Assembly: GCF_018977255.1 (NCBI RefSeq)
Contig: NW_024705377.1
Location: forward strand, 1 to 50,401
DNA: 50,401 nucleotides
Direction of reading: 5' to 3'
Source of the DNA: Callorhinchus milii
Lineage: Eukaryota
Shown here: piece after piece, positions 11,417-22,101 of the stretch
How positions within the stretch are numbered: position 1 is the first letter of the stretch
Layout: every line of letters starts with the position of its first letter
Program-made: the position numbers and the translations under genes
Notes under the pieces: model-generated
Seen by the model: only the letters and a program-made list of their open reading frames with translations
Database searches by the model: none
Told to the model about the DNA's origin: nothing

Positions 11417-12527
11417 AGTACGCACAGAATATTTACAAACGAGGACTAAACTTAACAATAGCTTCATACACAGATTGAACAATGATGAGCAATGAAGGTG
11501 AATTAGATTTCAACACAAAAAAAAAGACGACGCAACGCAATTCGTGGAAGACCAAGCGACTCGGTTGGGACCAAATATTGGCAGCAGATGAACTTTCTCA
11601 ACGTGCGACAACTGGTAAATGAATTGGCTTAAGGCAATGATGAAACATGAAGAATAAGCTTTACCCTTTCTTACCTGTGATGAATCGCACGTGTAATTTT
11701 GCACTCTGCGTCTGCGACGTGTTGCTGTGTTTCCCCCTCGCGTGCGAATGGGAAACGCTCTACCGCACACAGACAGAACAGGTGGAGACCACATTTTTGC
11801 TAAACTGCTTTGAGCGAATTCTACCCCTTAGCTCCTGCCCCGAATGCTGCCATGGAACGACTCACAACTTTAAACGTACAAGTGCAGCCTGCTGCTGCTG
11901 ATTTTTTTGTTCAAACGCCATGCAGAAGAAGGAGAAATGAAAGGAGATATCAAGGGCACTCGGTGGAGCATCCTCGCTGCGCGCAATTGCCGAGTCACCA
12001 ACGGTTCCCCTTTGCATGTCTAACGCCTCGACGCTCGCCTCCATATAGAGCCATTAAAAACAGTCACATCTCAGTTCAACTCGGGGCTCAAGCCACCTCC
12101 ACAGACCGGTAAATCCACTCTCCTGTTGTCATAAGGGGCACTGGGGATGTCTGCATTTTTGGCCAAGAAATAGACACTCCACATCTTATTGTGCGCATCA
12201 GGCTGTCCAAAAGGATGGGCAATTGTTGACATGCCACAAAGTTGTACTCTGGAGTGTGATCCTAATTGATGAATGTGCAGGTAATTTTACAGTGCTGGGT
12301 GTTTGGCCGATACCAGTTACATTGGTGGGGTTTTTTTAGCCAGAGGAGGAAACCTTCCCTCTTTAGTTTGGTCGGTGCCCTGGCTCTGTTTTTGTTTCCT
12401 GCTTTCCATGCATTACACATTGGGATCATAGGATGGAATGCGCATTATATATTTGAATTATTACAGTGCGATTCGTCACAGGTAAGCCCACAGGGGCTAC
12501 ATGGGGCGTGTAAGTAAAAAAAAAACA

Positions 12528-12735
12528 TTCTTTGGGTCTTTCAGTAAAGTCACGTAGGTAGGTAAAAAAAAACGACGACGTTTCAATCACAACGCAAGCG
12601 GTCGTCATCAGGCAAAAAAGAGAGGAAAGCTGCGACAGGCTGTTTATTTTATTTGTTATTTTCTTTGAACCTATCTACGTATGATTACCGAAAGACCCAA
12701 AGAATATTAATTCCTGCAGTCACGAAAGCTTAAAA
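12528..12735. mobile_element. Penelope-derived inverted unit: hammerhead + tail on minus, second tail on plus
   Basis: Minus 12611-12577 reads CTGATGA-C-GACCGC-TTGCGTT-GTGATT-GAAACGTC; plus 12676-12735 tail ends CTGCAGTCACGAAAGCTT. Confidence 0.78.
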
Positions 12736-12828
12736 AATAAATAATCACCACTGGGAAGGCATAGACGGCCGGGGGGTGTGTTAGCCCCTACCACTCCGTC
12801 GTGTGCCCTGATCGTCATCCGCTCAGGC

Positions 12829-12994
12829 CAGAGCCGGCCCTAGACCTTTGGGGGCCCTAAGCAAAATTTGGTTGGAGGCCCTTTGATGTTTGATTTTTTT
12901 TCACCCACTAGCTAGCAGTGACTCTAGGGGGCCCTCTGCTGGCCACGGGACCCTTTGCAATTGCAAGGGTCGCTTAGTGGCTGGGCCGGCTCTG
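12829..12994. mobile_element. hAT-type MITE (family also at 31096-31261)
   Basis: TIRs CAGAGCCGGCCC / GGGCCGGCTCTG, perfect 8-bp TSD GCTCAGGC. Confidence 0.88.
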
Positions 12995-13099
12995 GCTCAG
13001 GCTGTGTGACAGGCGTTGCTGTTCTGCCTCACGGCAGGTGTTTTGCTCAATGCAGGAGTGGGGTGTGAGTACACAGGATTTCCTGTTTTGAGGGTGAGT

Positions 13100-13256
13100 T
13101 TGGTCACGTGAACAGGAAGTTACGGTTTGACAGCCTTTCGACCACGAGGCTGGGGTTCCGCCATTACACAGAATTCAAGATGGCGGCACACATCGCGTCC
13201 CAGTGAAGCAGCTGTAATTGTCCATTGTGGGACTTTAAGAAGCATTGTCTGTAAGT
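13100..13256 (+). promoter_or_regulatory. Housekeeping-type promoter / first exon with splice donor
   Basis: E-box GGTCACGTGA (13102), ETS-like CAGGAAGT (13113), CCGCCATT (13158), full YY1 motif CAAGATGGCGGC (13176), donor GTAAGT at 13251. Confidence 0.55.
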
Positions 13257-14742
13257 TCGTTTATGTTCTTATAATACTGGGAATGCTGTTATAACGTTAT
13301 AATGGCCGTTATAATGCTGTAAATGCCTTTATAATGCTGTTAAAATGTTATGATAAATACGAGGCCTCGTTAACAACGAAGCCTGCGACTTGCCTTATTG
13401 TGAATGTTATTTGTAATCGAATAAGTCGAGTCAAACGTGTACCCAAGTAACTTTATTGCGATCTGGAGAGCAAGGATGAGGAAATGTCTCATTCATAGTG
13501 CAGTGTTGTGTAGTACTGTACATCTGGGGTGCAGTGTGATGATTACACGATGTGCCTTTATTTAACACAATAGCTTATTTTCTTGTATAGATATTTAGTA
13601 CTAATGTAGGTGCCTGGTCGATCCAGGATATATTGTTGAGAAACATGTTATCTAGGACAATGTTGTGATGCTGTAGTGTTCATGCATTGTGTTGATGTTT
13701 CCAGTTATTAACAGATGGTGTATCTGTGCTGTTTTTTCCATCAGTTTTACCTCGTTCAATTCAATAAATGACGTTTGGAGTCGGATGTTCACCCTGGCTC
13801 TGAGGGTTTATTGTATGCGAGGTTAACTACTCAGATAGCGGTGCAACGCAGCGCACAGCGAGGCCGAGGCAGTGGCATTGCCGATTGTGACGAACACGGA
13901 GAAACTATGGCACGGTATCTCACGCGTGTAACCCAATACTGGTCAATAATAGCACCGCACTTGTTACATTCACATGTAGCATACCTTTCAACCCCTTATC
14001 AGTGTCTATCTTATTACAGACCAATTCGGACCTCATTGGTCACCCTATGTCCTTTTAAAGCTCAATGTTCATCCTACAAAGTCCCATCACTAGGGAGAAA
14101 CACGAATTGACATTTTTTCCCCCATATTGAAACAGCTGTACGCTGTATGGACTTGAAAACGTAAATTTCCTATACAAGAATACGGGTAAACCGTATGGGT
14201 TGACATTTCTAATGTAGGGCAGGATATATTTTGGCTTTGTTCTGTGGTCAGGGGATAGTCAAAAGTTATCTTCGGTGAAATGCTAAAGTAAAAACTGGAT
14301 CAATATCACTCCATAGTACAGTATACAACAACAACACACAATGCCCGAGTTTCTTGTAATCATATTCCCCAGCGTTCCGGGGTGTGGAGATAGTGATGTT
14401 GAGATTGTGGAGCAGGTGCCTGGCATCGCTTAGCTGTGGGTACTCCACATTCTTATCAATGCCAGACTCCAGCCTTAACTGTCCTCCCTTTATTGTATGT
14501 TCATCTTGTTACCGAATTCGCAGGCTAATAAGCCAGCATTTGGGCTCAGTTGGGCAGACCTCCACGCGAGCCACCAATACACGAACAACGCCAGGAAATT
14601 AATCACTTCAGCAATGCCCTGGGTTACTCTCCCATCTGAATCACAACTTGAGGCTGCGCTGTTGATTGCTTGACAACCTCACTGACATCGTTTGTTAGTT
14701 TAACACGTAGTCGTAGTAGGATTTCGCGACCAATTTATCCAA

Positions 14743-14958
14743 AGGTTTTTTTTGGGTTAGATCGAGTAAATATATTTACAAGTTCAGTGCTGTATTTGAA
14801 TTTTAAATGTTGTAGTGGGTTTACTCCCAACACACCGGTTAGTGATGTGTACTAGCAACGAATTGGCATGTTTTGTTTACGTAACAAACCTGTCGGGTGG
14901 TGCGGGTTTAACGAGACATTTTAGGAACCCGATCTAACCCAAAAACCTCCATTATGGA
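14743..14958 (+). mobile_element. Second Penelope-derived family: tail with inverted partial copy
   Basis: Similar to 46170-46335 (ACACCGG..TGTACTAG..ACGAATTGG..TGTTTACGT..GCGGGTTTAAC..GATCTAACCCAAAAACCTC); inverted GGTTTTTTTTGGGTTAGATCG at the left end. Confidence 0.7.
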
Positions 14959-15688
14959 TTGCATATGTTTGTTTACATATTACTCAGATTGTGTTAACGC
15001 ATTCATCAATAACACTGCACGATAAACTTTTTTAAGGTGTGTTTTGGACGAATGCGTTCATATTGTTTACGTTTTAACACGAAGGTCAACATGTATCTGG
15101 TTAACGTTTCTGTATTGTTATTTATGTAGTGATCAATCTGGAGCTGATTCACCCAAACCGATTTGCACTCCAGGCAATGTAATTTTGAGCTTCTGTTCAA
15201 AATTGATTCATATTTGTGCAATACTGTATTTTCGATTCCTCATGTCTCAGAGTGTGTTTTAATTTGTATTGCTATTTACTGCAGTGCTGTAATTCGCTTT
15301 GTCAATAAATAAGACTCACCTGGTCTCTTAAAATCTCACCTGGTTCAACCAAACCAACTTGAAACTTACACTCATCACCTCACTCAATAATTTACTCACC
15401 CACCATGTCACAAACCAACCAACTCATCCACTCGTCACCCACTCACTCACCCACTCTTGCAAATAAGTCGCTTGAATTCTCGCATGGTCAAACAAAAACA
15501 ACTTGAACTTGATTTGTATTTTATTCACACCACCATATAATCATACAGAAGCGCATTTCACCATGACGAGAGGCATCCAGTTGGTTATGTAAAGACGCTG
15601 TACATGAAAATTAAGATGATAAACTTTAACGATTTAATCAATTGCAGCAGCACAGCATACATGGTTGAAGTCCAATCGACGAGGTGTA

Positions 15689-16020
15689 TCTACAGGAACA
15701 TTCTACCACTTGGCTAGAATCACGATAATATGAAAAAAATTGGTAAAGAACAAACTTTTCAATGCACACACTTTTATTTGCACTCTAAAAGTACAAAATA
15801 CATTATTTTATGACCCAGAATTGATCACATTTGATGTGCTGATTAAAAGTGGATTGGCATCCGTTCAATGTTTAATTTCTTTATGCAAGCCACCCACATT
15901 TATTAAGCACGTAAAATGTGATTCATTCTGGGGTCAAAAAATGTATGTTGCACTTTAGTGTGCAAATAAAAGTGTGTGCATTGAAATCTTGTTTTTACTA
16001 TTTTTTATGATCCTGTAGAG
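15689..16020. repeat. Foldback / MITE-like long inverted repeat
   Basis: TTTCAATGCACACACTTTTATTTGCAC is the exact reverse complement of GTGCAAATAAAAGTGTGTGCATTGAAA; imperfect pairing extends inward and outward to TCTACAGGA/TCCTGTAGA. Confidence 0.8.
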
Positions 16021-16545
16021 ATGTCAATGATGGCGTGCCTATGTCAACCCTTGTCCATATGATAAATGAAAGCATGCTAATTGCTACACAACAACAGTCA
16101 ACGGTATGAAAGGTTAATAGCACGCATCACAGCTATTACAATTAAAAGAACCATCGTGGCGATTGCAAAGTCGTGAAATTACATTTAGAACAACACGATA
16201 CGTATAAGGCGTTTAATTGTGGTATTTGGGATCATCAAGCACTGTGCTGCATGAAAGACGGTAAGACACGTAGACTGAAATGCTATAATACACGCATATG
16301 GACAACAGTGCATATCGTGAGACAGTGTTTAACGTACACAGATTCAGAACTTTAATTTGAAGCATTTATATCGATAATCACAATTAGAAGATGGCAATCA
16401 AAATAGGGAAAACATTTCGGCATTAATTGAAAATCCATGATCACGGCTGCTGGCTCAACTTCAGCATAACCACGTTGGCCTCCGTGCGTCAGAACGGCCG
16501 TGGCAAAGCAAACGATAATGCCATTTGTTAAGATATAACTATATA

Positions 16546-16770
16546 AACACATTCCTGTGGAGGGAGCTGGTAGGAACGTTGGGTTGCTCGGTCAATGGTC
16601 AGGGTCAACGGCGGCGTGGTGTATTCCGCAAATATGCCCGCCTGTAAGGGCGGCACAAGCCGGCGTGAGTAGGTTAAACGTTGAGTTTTATAAGGGCACC
16701 ACGGGGTGACCAGCCCCTCCCCACCCAGCCCCAGCCCTCCCACCCCCACCCAGCCCCACCCTCCCCACCC
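16546..16770 (-). repeat. Left arm of an inverted repeat pair (right arm 17975-18268)
   Basis: About 175 bp of highly similar reverse-complementary sequence plus a C-rich tract. Confidence 0.85.
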
Positions 16771-17065
16771 AGCATTGGGATGCACCGGAATGTTTATGGT
16801 CAATACCAGTTACATTGTGGGGTTTTTAACCATGGAGAAAACGAAAGAACCCAGTGGGGAAACCCATGCGGAATAGACGGAGAGAACACACAAAATCCAC
16901 TCAGAAAGATTCCTGAATTGGGAATCGAACCCAGCCCTTCTTCCTGTGAGGCACGGGCATCACCACTGCGCTGCCGACACCAAACCTGCCTCCCAATGTA
17001 AATATTAAATTGATCTTGTGACTTAAAACATAATTGAGTTATCGTGTATTCATGGCTGAACGTAG

Positions 17066-17071
17066 TTTATT
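17066..17071 (-). terminator. Probable polyadenylation signal after the PLA2G6-like terminal exon
   Basis: AATAAA on minus, ~115 nt downstream of the stop codon at 17187. Confidence 0.45.
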
Positions 17072-17186
17072 ATTAGCGCTGGGAGGCGACGATCAAACGT
17101 AATCAGGATTCCCGCCATGACGTTTAACAGTGGCGGATGGCGCAAAGTGAGTAAACGTGCTGGCCTTACTGGTAGCTGCCGCTTGA

Positions 17187-17355
17187 TTATGCAGTAAAGC
17201 CAGTCGTCACGTCGGAGGGTGACAACAGCTTTGCGATGTGCGACATGTTATCCAAATCACTGAGTATATAGTCATCCACTTCCTTTATGAGTTGCAGCAA
17301 CTTTGTGTTGTCCGTCTCATCAATCTTGACAAGGTCTTCGAACTCAGGGTTCTTC
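17187..17355 (-). CDS. PLA2G6: PLA2G6-like C-terminal segment, terminal exon
   Basis: CAG|(R)KNPEFEDLVKIDETDNTKLLQLIKEVDDYILSDLDNMSHIAKLLSPSDVTTGFTA*; resembles PLA2G6 RLNPQLGTDIMLDEVSD..LLSP; phase 2. Confidence 0.8.
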
Positions 17356-17974
17356 CTGCAACGGAACACAAAAAGTTTAGCGACGCTGTTCACCTTCATG
17401 CGGTGTCTTTCAAACTTGTCTTGGCTTGAGGACCACTCGGCCGATGCAAACGTTTCCGCGGACCACCACCAACCCCCCAACGCTGGTGACAACCGCATTT
17501 CACTTCTCTATCTAAATACCAGCAATACAAAATGATTCGTATTACCGGAACATACAAAAACAAAATAAACGCAGCTATAAGGTTTTTTTTAGGGGGAGGT
17601 GCATTCAGATCTTAGGATTAGAATGCTTTAATAAGGGTAGTTTACCGAACTTAATTATTTTATTAAATATTACTAAATATTAATGTCCGAAACAAATGGT
17701 GGAAACATTGTCAATATTTCCGATTGACCTGTGTTTGCATCACAGCCGCGCGGACCACCTGGAGGACCTTTCGCAGACCACTGCTGGTTTCACGGACCAC
17801 ACTTTGAGAACCACCGCCTTAAATACATTTCACAACAAGAGGAGCAGTTACAGAAAACGCCAGACGCACTCTAATCTGAAACTGCAGTGGCAACGGTTGT
17901 TATTTGAATGCAAACATATATTTTACCTCCTGGTTACACCAGCCCACAGGGGATTATTGTGTCCGTCGTGCAGG

Positions 17975-18268
17975 GAGGGGCTGGGTGGGGAGGGAGGGCT
18001 GGGTTGGGAGGGGAAGGTGGGGAGAGGCTGGGTGGGGAGGAGGGGTGGGGAGGGGCAGGGTGGGGAGGGGCTGGGTGGCGGGGGGGTGGGGAGGGGCTGG
18101 TCACCCCGTGGTGCCCTTATAAAACTCAACGTTTAACCTACTCACGCCGGCTTGTGCCAGCCCTCACTGTCGGGCATATTTGCGGAATACACCACGCCGC
18201 CGTTGACCCTGCAGGCCATTGACCGAGCAACCCAACGTTCCTACCAGCTCCCTCCGCAGGAATGTGTT
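17975..18268 (+). repeat. Right arm of the inverted repeat pair, with G-run (G-quadruplex-prone) tract
   Basis: Many GGG/GGGG runs at 17975-18100, then the reverse complement of 16546-16720. Confidence 0.85.
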
Positions 18269-18623
18269 CAGTGCGCTTGTTGACTCGACAATGTCTTAGT
18301 CTCATGATTTTTTCAGGAGGGTCCAGACAAGTTGTCAGTCAAGGGGCTATAGCTGCTGTGTATAACCCCAATTTAATTATTTGCATGTATTTGTGTTGGG
18401 TTTTTTTAGCTGTGGGGAGGAAAGTGGAAAACACCGAGGATACTCGTGCAAAACAAATGAAGAGAAAACACAAAATCCACACAGAAAGGCACTCAAAGTC
18501 TGAAATCGAACCCAGGCCCTTCTCAATGTGACGCACGAGTGTTGTCACAAATACCCCACTGCCATGCGTGTGCGTGATTTGTCTTCCGTGTTATTGTCCC
18601 CATTAGATCCGCAGGAATCTCAC

Positions 18624-18697
18624 CTGAAGAAAGGCACGTTGATGCTGTGACACCATCCCTTAGCGGCCTTCAGCTGATGTGCCTCTGTGATGGTCAT
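18624..18697 (-). CDS. PLA2G6: PLA2G6-like C-terminal segment, penultimate exon
   Basis: TAG|MTITEAHQLKAAKGWCHSINVPFF(R)|GTGAGA, 74 nt, phase 0-2; resembles PLA2G6 ..RARAWCEMVGIQYFR. Not in the ORF track. Confidence 0.8.
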
Positions 18698-19239
18698 CTA
18701 TACCCAAAGACAAAGACGCCCCGTATAGCCTCAACAAACACATCATTGCTTTGCTCTTGAGAGCCACAGTAGGTAATTATTATTAATATTATTATTTCGC
18801 ATGTTTACCCAGAAAAGCCTCACAAAATACCACTACAATAATTAGCCACGTGCAGTGAACCCTCTTTATCCACGAGTAGTAACGTTCTTGAAAACGCGCG
18901 CAAATTCAGAATTCGCGAATGCAGAAACCTTGTTCCAAAAGGAAAAATGGGGTTATGTTCCTGGTACGAGTGAACATCAGGGGGTAAATGGTAAAAGTTC
19001 TATAACAATGACTACAATAAATAGTCTTACCTATCAATGTCATTTTTTGTCTGTCTGTGCACGCCTATCCTTGTAACACTTTTACTGACAAACTGTTGGG
19101 TGTGTGTTTCAACAAGTACACAGATACAACACACTAAGCTCCCAGACGAGAACTCGCTATTTGTTTTTGCCCTTAGTCCAATGTAAACTAAGAAAATCAC
19201 ACTTTTTCAACGGTTTTACTTAACTTGATTCCTATGTTT

Positions 19240-19412
19240 GTAAATGCTACTATAGAGTCAGTAAATACTACTGTAGAGTCAGTGGGTACTAATATAGAGT
19301 CAGTAGGTACTACTGTAGTGCTAGATACTACTTTAGAGTCAGTAGATACTATTATGATAGTGACTACTATAGGGTCAGGAGATACTACTATAGGCAGCAG
19401 ATACTAATATAG
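19240..19412. repeat. Minisatellite, ~21-bp unit TAGAGTCAGTAGATACTACTA (related copy ~23135-23260)
   Basis: Visible degenerate tandem units. Confidence 0.75.
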
Positions 19413-19899
19413 ACTGTCAAAGACGTTTTCAAATATGTTTTCAGGCTGGTTATGATCAGGCTATGTCTCGGCATATCTGCATGTGCAGGCCTTTTCTGGA
19501 TTCCGTGGCTTCACGCAATGTGGCGCATTGGCTGCTCGTTGCAGAGGGTAGTGGTTTGAATCAGACAGGCAGCCCTGGTTTCTACTGCGGTGTGTGTATT
19601 AGCACGTAATATACTTTCCGCCTGCCTTCACAGTGAATCTTGTAAATCCTTGCTGTCATTCTGAATGCAGAACGAGTATGCCATTGTGTGCTGAAATAAT
19701 TATTCAAATTTTCCGAACTCAAGAATTGCACCGCAATTAATCAACTGCGATCACAACAAACAGCAGCACCACCCCGACATGAAACTACTGCAGACTGTGT
19801 CTGCTCAACACAGCGGTGCCTTCCTTGGCGATGATCGCCCTGCCCTTGAGGAGTGATGGCGGCCAGTAGCAATACCGTTGTTAGTATTGTTTTTGTTGT

Positions 19900-19965
19900 C
19901 CCTCCTCCGCACCTCCGATTAGCGCAATTGGCTACGTATGGTGCGAAAGAAGTTCAACATACGTA
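19900..19965 (+). repeat. Short dispersed repeat, probably a retroelement 3' end (also ~3145-3205 +, ~24280-24340 -, ~32695-32748 +)
   Basis: Shared CGCACCTCCGATTAGC..GTTGGCTACGTA.GG.GCGAAAGAAGTTCAACATA(CATA)n. Confidence 0.65.
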
Positions 19966-20384
19966 TATCCCGTTCCAGTGACGTTAGATGACGTTAGTCA
20001 TCGAAACGGGAAAAAACTTCTTTCTTACGATTCCATTACAATTATGTACATTTACGTCATCGGAAAGGAATCATTTCTGAACAGAATCAAATCGATTCTG
20101 AACGGAATCAGAAGTAAAATTCCAGCTATCATGGAGTGCAGTCGTGTCGAAACAGTTCTCTGCGGTGAGTACAATGTATTGGGAAAACAGCGGCGCTACG
20201 CCTCTCTAAATCAATTAAACGCTGAACGCTTGCACTTTCCGAGATTCAGCGGTGAACGGGACACCCGCCCTGCAAATTGCAGACGTCTCAGAACGGGAAA
20301 GGATTAAAGTGCACCTTGCCACACATTGCAATGCGCCCGTCGGCAGCGGAGTATATTGTGCGAGCTGCTCGGGGTTATACTTAC

Positions 20385-20540
20385 GACAGACATGACGCAG
20401 TTGAACACTTTTACAAGCATACTTGGAAAGAACAATTCCCCCAAGCAGGTCGGGAATGGTGGCCCGACCTCCACCGTGGGCTTTTTCCCAGTGCCGAGCG
20501 ACAGCACCACCTTCAGCGAGGGTTTGTCCAGACCCGGCTC
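20385..20540 (-). CDS. PLA2G6: PLA2G6-like C-terminal segment exon (SLGTG motif)
   Basis: CAG|EPGLDKPSLKVVLSLGTGKKPTVEVGPPFPTCLGELFFPSMLVKVFNCVMSV|GTAAGT, 156 nt, phase 0-0; patatin VVSLGTG motif. Confidence 0.85.
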
Positions 20541-21661
20541 CTGGAACGTCACGGGGAAAACCAGCGGTCGTGAACACAGCGTCGTGGGCACCACGATGCC
20601 GAGATGTTAACTACCTTGCCTGGTATACAGGAGGTCGTGGGTTCAATCCCGACCCTGACACCTGTATATTTGGAGTTTGCATGTTCTCCCCGTGGTCGCA
20701 TAGATTTTTCTCCGGGTCGTCCACATTTAGAAACATGCATTTAGAGTATTTGGCTGCTATAAATTTCCACGTGATAAGCCACTTCGTTCAGCTATAATTT
20801 GTGATAGCTAAGTTGCTTCTGAAAAAGCGCTATAAAGCTCAGTGGGCCTTACCCTGGTAAAATAAAAAAATAGTTTTAGTTTAGTTTGCGAGACCAACAA
20901 ACATGTCCGTGTCGAGGAACATCGCCCCCTACTGGAAAAACGTGGCAAGACGTTCCTTAAAAAGGCCTTGAGACGGTGAAGCTTTTCTGGGTGAACAAGT
21001 GTGATAAAAATGTAATATCATAAGTGGGTGGGATTGCCAAGTTTTGCAGTAGGGGCGATGTTGCTACTGCTGTGTGCAATTCCCATTTCAGTAATGTACA
21101 GATAACTTTTCAGCATATGAATATAGTTTTAGCCATACCAGTTACAATTTGTCCGTTATTGTATCGCTATGGAGGGAAACGGTGAACAGGGGGGAGAAAA
21201 TACAAACTCCATACACAGGAAGGCTCCTGAGTCAGAAATCAAGCAACCCATGCCCCTTCTGGTTGCTTGACGCGAGTGTCACCACTCGGCTCTGATCCTG
21301 TATCCCCCCCCCCCCTTGGGCAGCCTAATGCTTTGGTACGTTAACGAGTAGTCTGGCACGTCAATAGCTCTGGCAGAAGTGGCACCACGGTGGCGAGGAC
21401 GTGCGTTCGGTCCCGACTCTGATACCTGTATATTTGGAGTTTATGCGTTCTCCCTGTGATCACGTGGATATTTATCCGGGTGCTCCGGTTTTCACTCCAC
21501 ATTTTAAATCAACGTGCTTTTAGAGTATTTGGCTGTGATACATTTCCACGCAATAAGCCACTTCTTAGAGCTATAATGTGGCCAAGTTGCTTCTGAAAAA
21601 GAACTTACAGCTGAGTGGGCTTTAACCTAGTAAAATGAAACAGTTTTAGTTTAGGCCTTGC

Positions 21662-21840
21662 CTTGGACTTCAAGCCTCTGCTGTGGTGGTAGACCTCCGC
21701 CAGCATGGTCATGGTGGGGTTGTTGGCCAGGAGGCCCCCGTCCACCAGGTCATAGATCGGCGAGAATAAGAATGGTGCCGAGCAGGTCCACGTGGCCGCC
21801 TGCCACGCGAGAAGGTCCGACATGCGACGGTAGATGGGAT
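21662..21840 (-). CDS. PLA2G6: PLA2G6-like C-terminal segment exon with the catalytic-Asp DGG motif
   Basis: CAG|(D)PIYRRMSDLLAWQAATWTCSAPFLFSPIYDLVDGGLLANNPTMTMLAEVYHHSRGLKSK|GCAAGG, 179 nt, phase 1-0; DGGLLANNPT matches PLA2G6. Confidence 0.88.
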
Positions 21841-22101
21841 CTGCATGTACAACGAGAAAGACCATCACAACAGCGCGAGTTCTAGGGAGCCCCTCCGGCG
21901 AGGGTTCCAGGAACTCCTCACACCGCTCGCTCTACTGGCCCGATTGTGCTGATGAGACACTAAAATGTTGAAACCAGTTCGGAGTGTGGTCGTGTTAAAC
22001 CACTGCTTCTAATACAGGGTAGCTCATAAGTCTGGAATCATAGGTAAAACCCAGAACACCCCGTAGCCCCCTCCTGCTTTTGGGCTGCGGAACGTAGCGA
22101 C

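Noticed and set aside
13530..13640. Box C motif (GTGATGA) suggesting an intronic C/D snoRNA
   Set aside because: No box D (CTGA) or terminal stem at a suitable distance
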